In this document: in pieces, positions 1-13,953 of the stretch
Position numbering within the stretch: the first letter of the stretch is position 1
How the letters are laid out: each line of letters begins with the position of its first letter
Origin: Okamejei kenojei
Lineage: Eukaryota
Reading direction: 5' to 3'
Length of the DNA: 64,000 nt
NCBI GenBank assembly: GCA_035221665.1
Contig: CM069164.1
Span: 11,284,001-11,348,000 of the forward strand
Made by a program: the position numbers and the translations under genes
The notes under the pieces: model-generated
Seen by the model: the letters and a program-made list of their open reading frames with translations, nothing else
Databases searched by the model: none
What the model was told of the DNA's origin: nothing

Positions 1-49
1 TGGATGTACATGGATAGGAAAAGTTTTGCGTGATATGTGCCAAATGGGT

Positions 50-322
50 GGCACGGTGGCGTAACGGTAGACCTGCTACCTTCCGGCGCCAGAGACCCGG
101 GTTCGATCCTGACTACGGGTGCTTGTCTAACCGGAGTTTGTACCTTCTCCCTGTGACCTGCATGGGTTTCCTCCCAAACTCCAAAGACGTACAGGTTTGT
201 AGGTTAATTAGCTTGGTATCAATGTAAAATTGTTCCTAGTGTGTAGGATAGTATTAATGTGTGGGGATGCGGACTTGGTTGGCCAAAGGGCCTGTTTCCA
301 TGATGTATCTCTAAACTAAAAA
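50..322 (+). mobile_element. tRNA-derived V-SINE (HE1-like); one of about 15 copies (also ~3608-3910+, 11445-11735-, 14300-14595-, 22125-22400-, 27820-28080+, 34495-34800+, 36670-36975-, 39580-39870-, 42050-42312-, 44330-44570+, 52440-52710-, 57073-57387+, 61653-61930+)
   Basis: Pol III A box (GTGGCGCAGCGG-like) and B box (GGTTCGATCC), V-domain GGTTTCCTCCCAC.CTCCAAAGAC, CR1-like tail GGGCCGAAGGGCCTGTTTCC and (CTAAA)n end. Confidence 0.85.
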
Positions 323-1537
323 AATGCAGGCTCATGCAGGGTAATTTAGATGAGGCATCTTGGTCGACATGGACTAGTTGGGTCGAAGGGCCTGATTTCT
401 TGCTCTAAGACTCGATGACTGATTTGAGATAGGAATACCCTTTCAGCTCAGCTCTGCCTCCAGTACTGGTACACCCTTTCTTAAATAAAGTGAGCAGGAT
501 TGAACGCAGTGCCCCAGGTGTGTTCTCACCCTGTGCAACTGTAACAATACTTGCTAACCGCCCACGCCCCTCGCAATAAAATATGCCTACCCCAACTTAT
601 TCACAAGTTCACAAGTTATAGGAGCAGATTTCGGCCATTCGGCCCATCAAGTCTATTCCGCCATTCAATCATGGCCGATCTCTGCCTCCTTCTCCCATTT
701 TCCTGCCTTCTTCCCATAACCCTTGACACCCGTTCGAATCAAGAATTTGTCTACCTCTGCCTTAAAAATATCCACTGACTTGGCCTCCACAGCCCCCTGT
801 GGCAACGAGTTCCACTCATAGCTGCATCGGCCTGCTAATTTAATGTTTTTCATGCACAATGACACTAAGATCCCTTTGTACGTTTTTGAGCCTGTGAATG
901 GCTCGATAATAACCCTGTATTGTCTGTCTGCTGACTGGATAGCACGCAACAAAAGCTATTTCACTGTTCATCGGTACTGGTGGCAACAGACCAAACTAAA
1001 CTAAACTACTTTACTCATCTGCAAACTGCAAATGAAACATAACCATGGCACCAAACGAGGGGAAAGGTGTGGAAGAACAAATTACTGGGATTTGACTGCT
1101 TGATTAACTATAATCTGCAGAAACTAAGTTTCATTGTTTGCCGTGTTCATTGTTAACACCACAAATAACATGTTATTTATCAGTCTTTTTTAATAATGTA
1201 ACACTATAATTGACAACTGTTGAGTTATTTTTTAAAATAATCAGGTAATTTAAAAAATGATTGCAAATTAATTGCTGTTTTAATTGGATTGTTCAACAAA
1301 AATGAAACACCAGTACCGATGGAAACTGTGACGGAGCGGTAGAGCTTCTGTAGTTTGTTCCTAGTGTGTGTGGGTGAGAACTACTGTATCGTATGTGATC
1401 ATCGGTCGGCGTGGACTGGGTGGGCCGAAGGCTCAGTTTCTGAGCTGTATCTCTTAAACGAAAACTAAAAGACTAAATATGGGGGAGGCAATGTTTGGAA
1501 GATTATGAAGCAGTAAGTTTGACTCAGAGTTCCAGCG

Positions 1538-2002
1538 CACACAACCACACCCACACCCACATCCCCACCCTCACCCACACCCACACCCTCACCTACACCC
1601 TCACCCTCACCCTCACCCTCACCCCACACCCTCACCCCCACACCCTCACCCTCACCCACACCCACCCCCACCCCACCCACACCCTCACCCACACCCTCAC
1701 CCACACCCACACCCTCACCNNNNNNNNNNNNNNNNNNNNNNNNNNNNNNNNNNNNNNNNNNNNNNNNNNNNNNNNNNNNNNNNNNNNNNNNNNNNNNNNN
1801 NNNNNNNNNNNNNNNNNNNNNNNNNNNNNNNNNNNNNNNNNNNNNNNNNNNCACCCCACACCCTCACCCACACCCTCACCCACACCCACACCCCACACCC
1901 ACACCCCACCCCACCCACCCTCACCCACACCCCACACCCTCACCCTCACCCTCACCCACACCCTCACCCACACCACACACCCCACACCCCACCCCACACC
2001 CA
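1538..2002. repeat. (CACCCT/CACCCA)n hexamer-like simple repeat with assembly gaps
   Basis: Directly visible; gaps at 1720-1851 and 2003-2450. Confidence 0.92.
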
Positions 2003-2450
2003 NNNNNNNNNNNNNNNNNNNNNNNNNNNNNNNNNNNNNNNNNNNNNNNNNNNNNNNNNNNNNNNNNNNNNNNNNNNNNNNNNNNNNNNNNNNNNNNNNN
2101 NNNNNNNNNNNNNNNNNNNNNNNNNNNNNNNNNNNNNNNNNNNNNNNNNNNNNNNNNNNNNNNNNNNNNNNNNNNNNNNNNNNNNNNNNNNNNNNNNNNN
2201 NNNNNNNNNNNNNNNNNNNNNNNNNNNNNNNNNNNNNNNNNNNNNNNNNNNNNNNNNNNNNNNNNNNNNNNNNNNNNNNNNNNNNNNNNNNNNNNNNNNN
2301 NNNNNNNNNNNNNNNNNNNNNNNNNNNNNNNNNNNNNNNNNNNNNNNNNNNNNNNNNNNNNNNNNNNNNNNNNNNNNNNNNNNNNNNNNNNNNNNNNNNN
2401 NNNNNNNNNNNNNNNNNNNNNNNNNNNNNNNNNNNNNNNNNNNNNNNNNT

Positions 2451-2575
2451 TCGAGGTGGTATGTTTTCCAATAGATCGATTCCATTCACTACCACACTTT
2501 TCTTATCCTTTTTTGGCGGCTTGAAGGCGACATTCGTGGACTTGTAACCTTCCTTCAAAGACATTAGAATCGGAT
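2451..2575 (-). CDS. CORO2B: Coronin-2B exon, 3' end lost in gap: (D)PILMSLKEGYKSTNVAFKPPKKDKKSVVVNGIDLLENIPPR
   Basis: CAG acceptor in phase 1; KKSVVVNGIDLLEN.PPR matches the recalled CORO2B unique region; exon runs into the N gap at 2003-2450. Confidence 0.93.
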
Positions 2576-3074
2576 CTGTCAGGACAAAAACACAGAGGTT
2601 GGGATAACAGCAGAGGAAAATGATCTGTACCCTCACATTGCAAAATATTCATTGCAAATCCTTCTTCCCAACGCCCCATTCGTTGAACAAACTGAAGACA
2701 TTTTATATTAAAGTGCAAAACCTACAGTCAAGCTAAAGTCAGGATGTTATTTTAGGTTAACCAGCAAGAGCATTGTGCTTTTAATAGTGCATGGTGTCCC
2801 ATCAATCCAAATGGTGGCAGCTGCATATGCGATTGCATCGGAAGGAGATGAGTCTTAAAGGAGAAGAGAGCGGAGGGAGGCAGGTAGAGTGAGAAGTAGG
2901 GTGTGGAATTGATATAGGATCTTAACATTGCCTCCCTTTCTTCCTCCAACAAATCCACCTGATCTGCTTGGTTTTCCAGCTGTTTTTATTGTTTTGTTGA
3001 ACATGGGAATTCCTATAGAATCTTAATGTCCTGAAATATAGACACGAGGTTAATCCCCGGGTTGGCTGCCATCC

Positions 3075-3465
3075 TATAGAAATGTCTAAAATTATAAAAG
3101 GATTGGACAAGCTAGATGCAGGAAAAATGTTCCCAATGTTGAGGGAGTCCAGAACCAGGGGCCATAGTCTAAGAATAAAGGGGAGGCCATTTAAAATTGA
3201 GATGGGAAAAAAACATTTTTGCCCAGAGAGTTGTGAATTTGTGGCGTTTTCTGCCACAGAAGGCAGTAGAGGCCAATTCACTGGATGAATTAAAAAAAAA
3301 GAGTTAGATGGAGCTCGAGGGGCTAGTGGAATCGAGGGTTATGAGGAGAAGGCAGGCATGGGTTACTGATTGTGGACGATTGATCAGCCATGATCACAAT
3401 GAATGGCGGTGCAGACACGAAGGGCCAAATGGCCTCATCCTGCACCTATTTTCTATGTTTCTATA
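3075..3465 (+). mobile_element. CR1-like LINE 3' fragment
   Basis: KIIKGLDKLDAGKMFP...TRGHSL, 3'UTR and TTCTATGTTTCTAT tail. Confidence 0.85.
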
Positions 3466-6344
3466 TCACATCCTGCACTGAATGGACTACATGCCTGACC
3501 ATCAGTGTGGTGAGTTACAAAGACCCATCACCAACAGGGTGAAGACATTTCTCATCTCGGTCCTAATTCTGTATAATAAAGGTGGTACGGTGCCCAATTC
3601 TAATAGGATGGTACGGTGGCGCAGAGGTGGAGTTGCTGTCATACAACACCAGAGATCCTGACTGCGGGTGCCATCTGTATGGAGTTTGTACTTTCCCCGT
3701 GACCATGTGGGTTTCCTCTGGGTGCTCCGGTTTCCTCCCACACTCCAGAGGCATACAGGGTTGTAGGTTAATTGGCTTTGGTAAAAATTGTAAATTGTCC
3801 CCACTGTGTAGGGTAGTGTTAATGTGCGGGGATCGCTGGTCGGCGCAGACACGGTGGGCCAAAGGGCCTGTTTCCACGCTGTATCTCTAAACCAAACTAA
3901 ACAAAACTAAATTCTGAGTCTATGAACCCTGTTTCTAAGTTCCACAGGTTACTGTGGTGTTCATATGAGAGTGCAGTTGATACACAGACCAGATCCCAGG
4001 GGAGAACGGCAATGAAGTGTCCTTTATGCAAGAACGGATGTGGTGATGGGTTCACTTTCTATGTGGATGCTGAAGGAATTGTCCCCACACCTGGTCTAAT
4101 AGGGTGAATTGGAAGGAAGGAAGGATGCAAAGCCTTCCCACAAGTGGTGGAGCTCCAATTGTGGAGGACGCAGAGAGATCGGGAGCACGGAGCTGGGATG
4201 TGATCGCTATGAGGGGATAACTGGAGGGACAGGTCTAGATATCAGCTGACTGTGCTGCTCCTTGCGTGAATCAGAAGCGTTCAGGCCTGAATGTGTTGCT
4301 GAACACTAATCCCAGACCCAGATAGAACCAAAACAGGCCCTTCGGTCCACCAAGTCGGTGCTGACCATCAAGCACCCATTCGCACTAATCCTACTTTATT
4401 TTTCCCATGTATCAATCAGCTATCCGCAGTTACTACACACTAGGGACAAGCTGGAGCAGCCAACTCACCTTCCAACCTAGTGTGTAGGAAGGAACTGCAG
4501 ATGCTGATTTGTATCGAAGATAAACACAAAGTGCTGGAGTAACTCAGCGGGTCAGGCAGCATCTCTGGAGCAAAGTAATAGGCAACGTTTCGGATTGGAA
4601 CCCTTCTTCAGACTGAAAGACAGAGGTCGTGGGAAGGGACATGAGAAAAGGCCACCTATTCCATTTTATTCAGAGATGCTGCCTGACCCGCTGCGTTACT
4701 CCAGCACTTTGTGTTCATAAGTTCATAAGTGATAGGAGCAGAATTAGGCCATTCAGCCCATCAAGTCTACTCCGCAATTCAATCATGGCTGATCTATCTT
4801 TCCCTCCTAACCCCATTCTCCTGCCTTCTCCGCACAACCCCTGACATTGTGTCTATCTTCTAACCTAATATGTAGGCTCACACTAAGGTCACGGTCTAGA
4901 GCAAACCACAGGGCTACTGGAGTCAAGGGATATGAGGAGAAGGCAGGCACGGGTTATTGATAGGGGACGATCAGCCATGATCATATTGAATGGCCGTGCT
5001 AGCTCGAAGGGCCGAATGGCCTCCTCCTGCACCTGCTTTCTATGTTTCTATGAGTCAGCAACAAGGTGCAGAATCCTCCCAGAAATTCCATTCGAAGATA
5101 AACACTGATGACGGTCAACTGCGTTAGGCAAAGGCAAACGTGTAGATGAGGAGAGAAAGATGGGGCGGGGAGCGGCTGGCGTGGAGGGTAAACAGCACAG
5201 GATCTCTGAGCCGTATGCTCCATGTGCGGAAGGGAACGCCCTGCCAAGGAGGAAAGAGCTCCTTTTCTGTCTTCACGTAGCTCGATGCCTGGCAGGGAGA
5301 GAGAGCAGCACAACTGATGCTGTAAACAGTGATCTAATCTCTGAATGCAAGCAGCACAGTCAGTCTGCTGCTGAACGGCCCCGTCTTTGCATTTTCATAG
5401 CATTTCCGGCTTTGGCTCCGGGTGTTAGAGCAGATGAACGGTTATCTGGTGAAGCTGCACTGGTTCTTGCTCGATGTAGCCTGTATGTCCACCCCCTGCC
5501 TCCCGCACTGGAGTATGGGCAAGTCTGGCTATGCTGATCATTATATGTTAGCTATTATGTATTGCATTAATAGGCCTGCTGTGCTGCTGTTATAACGTCA
5601 GCTGCAAGAATGTAATTGTTCCATTGTCCGTATGGCAATTAAACAGCCTTGCCTCTCTTGATGTAGTCAGGATCGAACCTGAATCTCTAGCGCTGTAAGG
5701 CAGCACCTCTACCACTTTGGTTTTGCACACCCGTTATATTTTTACTGCCTCATAGCATGTATGTGTAAATTATGTAAGATTTACATGTAATTTATGGTGT
5801 GTGTTGTCTAAGTCCGTGGGTTCAAGGTGAGGTGGAAAAGATTTAATAGGAACACGAGAGGCAACTTTTTCACACAAAGGGCGGTGGGTGTTTGGAACAA
5901 GCTGCCGGAGGAGGTAGTTGAGGCTGGGACTATCCCAACATTTAAGAAAGATTTAGACAGGTACATGAATAGGACGGATTTAGAAGGGTATGGGCCAACC
6001 GCAGGCAGGTGGGACTAGTGTAGATGGGGCATGTTGGTCAGTGTGGGCAAGCTGGGCCGAAGGACCTGTTTCCATGCTCTATAACCCCAATGCACTGTGA
6101 CTGTGATGCAGCTGCTAGCGAGATTTTCATTGTACCTGTACCTCCCTGTACTTGTGCAGACGACAGTAAACTTGACGATTTAACTAGGTCGGAGAGGTAG
6201 GTATTAGAGTTAGTTAAGAGAGGAGTAACAAGGGTCCAGAGCTGAGGGCAAATTTAAAGGGGAGCAGAGAAATGTTCGCTGGCAGAGATTATGGAGATAA
6301 ATAACATTGGAATGAGTCAGAGACAAAACAATGTCTGGGGAGGG

Positions 6345-6935
6345 AACATAGACAATAGGTGCAGGAGGAGGCCATTCGGCCCTTCTTGCCAGCACCGCCA
6401 TTCATTGTGATCATGGCAATCCGTTATCAATAACCCATGCCTGCCTTCTCCCCATATCCCCTGACTCCACTAGCCCCTGGCGCTCTATCCAACTCTCTCT
6501 TAAATCCATCCAGTGATTTGGCCTCCACTGCCCTCTGTGTCAGGGAATTCCATAAATTCACAACTCTCTGGGTAAAAAAGTTTTTTCTCACCTCAGTCTT
6601 AAATGACCTCCCCTTTATTCTAAGACTGTGTGGCCCCTGGTTCTGGACTCACCCAACATTGGGAACATTTTTCCTGCATCTAGCTTGTCCAGTCCTTTTA
6701 TAATTTTATATGTTTCTCTAAGATCCCCCCTCATCCTTCTAAACTCCAGTGAATACAAGCCTAGTCTTTTCAATCTTTCCTCATATGACAGTCCCGCCAT
6801 CCCAGGGATCAATCTCGTGAACCTACGCTGCGCTGCCTCAATCACAAGGATGTCCTTCTTCAAATTAGGAGACCAAAACTGTACACAATACTCCAGATGT
6901 GGTCTCACCAGAGCCCTATACAACTGCAGAAGAGC
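6345..6935 (-). mobile_element. CR1-like LINE 3' fragment
   Basis: LYRALVRPHLEYCVQFWSP...TRGH followed by the same 3'UTR as 25262-25450. Confidence 0.9.
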
Positions 6936-7919
6936 CTGCAGAGGAATGCAGACCAAATTGCATTTCAGAAGAATCGGAATGTATACAGATGCTGTACATT
7001 AAAGACACCTCAGTAAAATAGCAGGTTGATTCCTATAGTATTCAGCTCTGCTTATTATTGAACAGTGAGCTATCCAGAGTGAGCAAGAGAGAGATACAAA
7101 TAAGTAATAATCATTTTTCAAGAAGCAGAGATGGATACAGCATCAAAGGAAGCCATCCAGCCCATTGTAATTGGTAAAGCTGGCTACGGATTTCACTGTC
7201 CTGTTCTTTCCTGTAATTCTTTTGAAGAATTCTTAAAGGGGAAGCACGGTGATATCACAATCGCCTTAATTTAACCACACGTGTCTGGCAGAAGGCACGG
7301 CAAAGCCTCTACTTCCTGAGGAGACTGAGGAAATTCGTCATGTCTCCAATAACTCTTACAAACTTCTACAGATGCACCCTCTGCCCCAAGACTGTAAGAA
7401 ATTGCAGAGAATTGTAGATGCAGTCCAGTCCATCACGCAGCCCGGGCCCAGGCCATTGACTCCACCTACGCTTGGTGTTGCCTTGGAACAGCAGCCAACA
7501 TAATCGCTGACTGGTCCCACCCTGGCCACTCCTTCGTCTCCCTGCTCCTGTCCAGCAGATACAGAAGCTTGAACGTGTGTCACCAACAGCCTCAGGAATA
7601 GCTTCCACCTCTCTTTTATCAGGATTCTGAACAGCCCTTCCATAAGCTAGTGTACTGTCCAATTCACTTTTACCCATTGTTGACATTGACCTATGCCTAT
7701 GGACCAGATATGCCACAAAGCCGAGAACTACATCCTGCACTCTTATCCTTCCCTTTGTTCTATCTATTGTCCTTGAGTTTGAGTTGCCTGTATTTACGTG
7801 TGGTGGATCTAATCTGTTTGGATAGAAAGCTTTCCACTGTACCTCAGTATTGGTGACTGTACTAAACAACAGAACCAAGCTTTTCTTATGGTTTAAAGGT
7901 TAGTTGGTGCTACTGTTCA

Positions 7920-8243
<324 letters not shown>

Positions 8244-9867
8244 TCAGCGATTCAGGCAGCATCTCTGGAGAAAAAGGATAGGTAACGTTTCCGGGTTGGG
8301 ACCCCAGGGTCTGGACCAGGAACGTCATCTATCCTTTTTCTCCAGAGTTGCTGCCTGACTCACAGCTCCAGATTCAGTGACAGTTTCTTTTCAACTGTTA
8401 TCAGGCAACTAAACCATCCTACCACCAACTAGAGAGCAGTCCTGAAGTATAATCCACCTCATTGAAAACCCACGGGCTGTCTTTGATGGCTTTATCTTGC
8501 ACTAAACATCATTCACTTTATTCCCTTTATCATGTATTTTTACACTGCGGACGGCTCGATTGTAATCAAGTATTTGTCTTTCCACTGACTGGTTAGTACG
8601 CAACAAAAGCGTCTCACTGTACCTCAGTGCACGGGACAATCAACTCAACTAAACTCAAACTGGCCCGCTGAGTTACTCCAGCACTTTGTGTCTATCTACA
8701 GTGTAATAGAAGTTGGCACAGGGAAGGTGACCCCATGCCTATATTTTTGAAAAAATCATTCATTTATCTCATTAAAAAATAACCATCCACCACGACCAGA
8801 AACCAATTATTGAGAAGCCCTCAGACAACCCAGCCCAGGGATGGAACTGTCCTATCGTTCAACTAGATCCCAGCTCTGCTGTTGATAGATTCCAGCCACT
8901 TGTTGAACTTTCACACCCTCCGACTGTTGAATTAACCCTTCTTGTTTTATTGTGGGAGGGGGGGGGGGGGATATTCAAGATTCTGCACCGTTACTCCTGT
9001 CGAGAAGTAGGTCTTGATATCGCCCAGGATGATTTTGTTGTACTTTTGAATTATATCTTCCACTAGTTATAGAATGTCAATTCTCCAGTGAATGTAATTC
9101 CACTTCCAATCCGACCCTGCTGATTCCCTCTTTCTGCTTGGCTTCCTCTGCCAGGGATGTTTTGAGCCGTAACCAAGAAGGCCAGAGCGTTGAGGGGTGT
9201 CATTATGAGTCTGGGTTTCTGGCGTTTTATTGACCACTTCAGACTGAAGACAGGTCAGTGAGTGGTCGCTGGGAGGGGGAGAAGAAACCAACGCAGAGGT
9301 CATCTCTGTGTGGAAAGAAACTGCAGGGGCTGCTTTATACCGAAGAAAGGCACAAAGTGCTGGAGTAACTCACGCGGGTCAGTCAGCATCTCTGGAGAAA
9401 ATAAATAGGTGACGTTTCTGGTCGGAACCCTTCTTCAGGCTGCTGGAAGAGTTGCCAGGTAAGCTTGCCAAGTTCAAGTTCAAGCTACATTTATTGTCAC
9501 AGTGGTACAGTGAGATTCGAGTTACCACACCGCCATATGAATAAAAAAATAACACAATACACGATAGAGTTTAACATTAACATCCCCCCACAGCGGAATC
9601 AACTGTGAGGGAAGGCAATAAAGTTCAGTCATCTTCCTCTTTCTTGCCCGATAAGAAAAGGGTCATTAATAATTGTGAAAACTTTTGAAATGTACACATT
9701 TGCAAAATAAAACTCTTTGCCCTGATTCTGACTGAGCTTTCTTTTTGGGGCAAGATGATCATTGTGGCTGTGCGGTGTACCTCACTGCACGTGGTGTACA
9801 TGGCAGTCTCTACTTTATTTGGCGACGCCGGTTTTGGACTGTTACACAGGCACTGGTAACGCCTGTG

Positions 9868-10634
9868 GCCCAGCTTGTCTGGCAAAATGCCTCATCGCCA
9901 GAACTCACCAACAAGAACCAAGACCTGGCTTGGCTGGCGGTGAGGGGAGCCCTCCCAGTCAGATCCTTCCTGCACCGTCAGAACCTCACTGCCAGCGCAC
10001 GCTGCCCTCGAAACCGCTGCTATGGAGAGGAGACGGTTGCCCACCTCTTTACAGAGTGTGGGTTTGCTAAAAGAGTCTGGAGAAAAATGCAAGGGTCCCT
10101 GGTACGCTTTATCCCGAACAGCTCCGTCACAGAGGACTCGGTGATTTACGGACTGTTCCCAGGGACACATTCAGAGGCTGACATCGAGTGCTGCTGGAGG
10201 GTCATCAACTCGGTAAAAGACGCCCTTTGGTCTGCCCGAGCATTGTTCACCACCCAGCAGAGCGAGATGTCCGTCAGGGAATGTTGCCGATTGGCCCGCT
10301 GCAGACTGCAGGAGTACGTGCTGAGGGACGCACTGAAGCTCGGTGCAGCCAACGCCAAGGCTCGGTGGGGGAGGGCCACAGTCTAAGGCCCTTCCGCTGC
10401 TGGACATGGGGGCACGGTATGGTGGAGACGCCCCTCAATATAAGGGAAGGTATCCCACGCCATTGTGGCACGAGTGGGGGACTGATTTGTGGAAATTTGG
10501 GGAAAAGAAATGTCTAAACTGTATTGATCTATTGTACAGCCTCCGAAAATGTCGGATGGATTTTCCGCAAGGTCAATGTATTGTATATATTTATCATTTG
10601 AATAAAGTATATTTTGAAATTTAAAAAAAAAAAA
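9868..10634 (+). mobile_element. 5'-truncated Tx1/L1-clade LINE with intact zf-RVT C-terminus, 3'UTR, AATAAA and poly(A)
   Basis: Open frame to 10386 with LAVRGALP...CPRNRC.GEETVAHLFTEC zinc knuckle; AATAAA at 10601; A-run 10623-10636; AACGCCTGTG duplicated at 9858-9867 and 10635-10644. Confidence 0.88.
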
Positions 10635-12554
10635 AACGCCTGTGACTCAGGCAGTGGTCAGTCGGCGGAAGGGTTGCTTCTCCTCTGGAGCAGACATCCC
10701 CACTGACAGGCACATTTTCCAGGAGAGAGGGCAGGCTTTGGCCCAACACTGGGGGGGCAGCACTGAGTGCTGTAGGCCATAAGGGTTCATAAGACACAGG
10801 AGCTGAATTTTACCCCTTGAGTCTGCTCCGCCACTCAATCACGGCCGATCTATTTTTCCCTCTCAACCCTATTCTGCTGCCTTCTCTCCCTAATCTTTGA
10901 CATCCTCACTAATCAAGAACATATCAATCTCTGCTCTAAAAATACCCAATGACTTGGCCTCCACAGCCATCTGTGGCAATGAAATCCCTCCTCATTAGCT
11001 CACAGGACATGACCAAGACGACGCGTCTCTCAGGACCTTGGCTACTCCGTGCCTGTACTGTGTCCTCAGTGATCAGTTTCTTTCGGATGCAGACGCCTCC
11101 TACACAGACCTCCCTCTGGGATTATTGTCTTGGAAGGGTCTGTAGTCGTTTAGGAAATGACTGCACTGCGTACCAATGTGAGTGAACTCAAGCTGGACAT
11201 TAGAGAGCTCAGCCTTTTGTTATAATCAGCGTGTTGGCATGGCGATGGATTAGGAGGAAGCTTTCCGTAGGCCGATCAGATAATGGGCTGCAACCAGTTA
11301 TCCAGCACTTTGACTTGCGCTTGAAGGGCCTGCAGTCACATTTATATTGGTGAGAGAATCTGGCTGCAAGTACTATGACAACAATAACTTGTATTTGTGT
11401 GGAACCGTTCCATGGAAACAAGCCACAAGCCCCTCCTCAGTAATTTAGTTTAGTTTAGAGGTGCAGCGCGGAAACAGGCCCTTCGGCCCACTGAGTCCGC
11501 ACCGACCAGCGATCCCCGCACATTATCTGCACACGCCAGGGACAATTTACAATTACGCCAAGCCAATTAACCTACAAACCTGTACGCCTTTGGAGTGTGG
11601 GAGGAAACCAGAGCACCCGGAGAAAATCCGCGCAGGCCACGGGGAGAACGTATAAACTGTGTACCGACAGCGCCCGTAGCCAGGATCTAAGCCGGGTCTC
11701 TGGCGCTGTAAGGCAGCAACTCTACCGCTGTACCATATGGTGCCCACGATAGTAATGTTACCAAAACATGTTTTAGTCTCCATGGAAATTTAAGCCATTA
11801 ATAAACGAACAGGTTTTAATTGAAAACACGTTTCAGATTGTGACCCTGCAAACCTTTTTACTTAAGCTTCAGTGAAAAAATGCTTTCTGGGATTGAAGTG
11901 GACATACATGAAACACGTGTTGGCGCGCCTGTTTAGTTTAGCCGTTCATGGATGTGCTTAAAATATCTACCCTGGTAATCCCACGTCCCGTTCGATTCCT
12001 ATAATCCTGCGATCCCTATCCGTCCATTCCCTGCACATCCATGTACCTTTCTCAAAGTCTCTCAGATGCCTGGCCTGGTAGTGCGTTCCAGACACCTCAG
12101 ACTCTGTGTAGAAAACCTGCCTTGCACATCTCCTTTAGCTATTTGCCCATCTCACCTTAAAACTATGTTCTCTAGTCTTTGGCATTTCCACCTTGGGAAA
12201 AAGGTTCTGACTGTTCACGTTATCTAGGCCTAATGCCTCTCATAATTTTATATACTTCCACCAAGTTCCCCCACAACATCCAACACTCCAGAGAAAACAA
12301 TCCCAGTTTGTCCAACCTCTCCTTATAAACTAATCCAGGCAGCATTCCGGTCCTGCCTCCTAAACCCAGAACTTCTACCATTTAGAAGGATAAAGGCCTG
12401 TAAACACCACTGGAGCACATCGCTGAGTTCCCCAGTACGCAGCGTGCTATTTTGAATTGAAACCATATCATTGTTTCTTCATATCTTTCATTCATTGTTC
12501 TTTATCTCTCCACATCACCGTCTATATCTCTCGTTTCCCTGATCCCTGACCAGT

Positions 12555-12582
12555 CTGAAGAAGGGTCTCGACCCGAAACGTC
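12555..12582 (+). ncRNA. Minimal type I hammerhead ribozyme motif in a Penelope pLTR (representative plus-strand copy)
   Basis: CUGAAGA-A-GGGU(CUCG)ACCC-GAAAC-GUC: both conserved core boxes, paired stem II and an NUH triplet; stems I and III are minimal. Activity untested. Confidence 0.68.
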
Positions 12583-13015
12583 GCCTATCTCCTTCGCTCC
12601 TTAGATGCTGCTGCACCCGCTGAGTTTCTCCAGCCTTTTGTGTACCCTCGATTCTCCAGCATCTGCAGTTCCTTCTTTAACACAATGTTTCTTTATTGTG
12701 GTGACACTTCCCAGCCGACAGCGTGGTGGGAGTATTTACTTTATGTGATGCCTTATTATGTAATACTTAAAGTATTAACTCACTGTTAATGTCTCAAGGA
12801 TAACTCAACATGGGATACAGAAACCAGTCAGGCCAGCCACGTCCACATTCCGCAAATGAATAAACAAAAGAAAAAGATTAAAAACTCCCCTTTCGAAAGT
12901 TGCTGTTGAACCTGTTTCTGACCTCCCCTTCCACAGTGCATTCCATTCGAGAACAGGCTCTGTATCCTGGCTCTGATGCTGGAAACAACTGCGGGTGTAT
13001 GTTATCCTCACTCAC

Positions 13016-13128
13016 CCTTCGTGGCACGATCATTGATATTGGCTCGATCACTCCTTTTAGTGTAACCACCTTGTAGAACCGATACACCTCACACATGGAC
13101 ACGTCCAGCCCGTGTTTAGGCATCACAC
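13016..13128 (-). CDS. CORO2B: Coronin-2B exon: (G)VMPKHGLDVSMCEVYRFYKVVTLKGVIEPISMIVPRR
   Basis: 113 nt (97+113 = 210, frame restored); CAG acceptor, GTGAGT donor. Confidence 0.96.
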
Positions 13129-13193
13129 CTGCAACACGTACAAAGAATCCTCCAATGAGCTCCAAAAATTAAAAATATCAAAACATCACGTAT

Positions 13194-13953
13194 AGGGGGC
13201 CGTCCCACTGCGGCGACCAAATCTGCGAGTTTAGAAGAGTTTGCCCTTGACGCAAACTCGCAGCATGGTCCACACGTGGTCCTAGGAGGTCCTATGAGGT
13301 CACTGGAACTCTCCTTCATGCTCGAGGGAAGTTCCCGCATACTCGCAGCCTCAGCTAGGTCGCGGAAAATGTTTCAGCATCTTGGAAAATTTTCAGCGAG
13401 TAAAAATTGGTTGGCATGGTTCTTTTTAACTTGGAGTGCAGTGGAGTGGGGTCGCTATGTATTTACAGGCAGTCGAGGGCAGCCGTAGGTAATCTCCTTT
13501 GCTGACCGGGTATTTTAATTGGCTCATTGGAGTTTTCAGGACCAAGTAAAATGCCCGCTAAACTTTATTATAAGTTGTCTGACTTCTTAAACGTGTCTCC
13601 ACTCCTTCTCCCCCCCTTTCTCTCCCCTTCTCTCCCCTTCTCTCCCCTTCTCTCCCCTTCTCTCCCCCCCCTTCCCCCCCCCGCGCTCTCTAAAGGACTT
13701 ACCGTACACTGTGCAGCCGTCTTTTACCTTCCTGTTTATCGCGGGTGTGAATTTCAGACAGCGCTCCCCCGCTTTCCCTGGTCCCTGCCTTTGCGATGTG
13801 TGTGTGTGTGTGCGCGGTCGGTCGATCCAGCTCGCGGTTTCATCGCTGACGGTCGATCCAGCTCGAGGTTTTCCAGGCAAATGCCCTCGAGCTTGAAGGT
13901 CGAAGACACTCTTCTGAACTCGCGGATTAGGTCGCCGCAGTGGGACAACCCCT
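13194..13953. mobile_element. PIF/Harbinger-type MITE, subfamily A
   Basis: TIR GGGGCCGTCCCACTGCGGCGACC ... GGTCGCCGCAGTGGGACAACCCCT; TAT on both flanks. Confidence 0.8.

Noticed and set aside
50-125. tRNA-like sequence with A and B boxes
   Set aside because: It is the head of the dispersed V-SINE, followed by the V domain and LINE-like tail; no complete cloverleaf.
1465-2547. Long ORFs with HT/TL/GEGV repeats
   Set aside because: Translations of simple repeats and N gaps.
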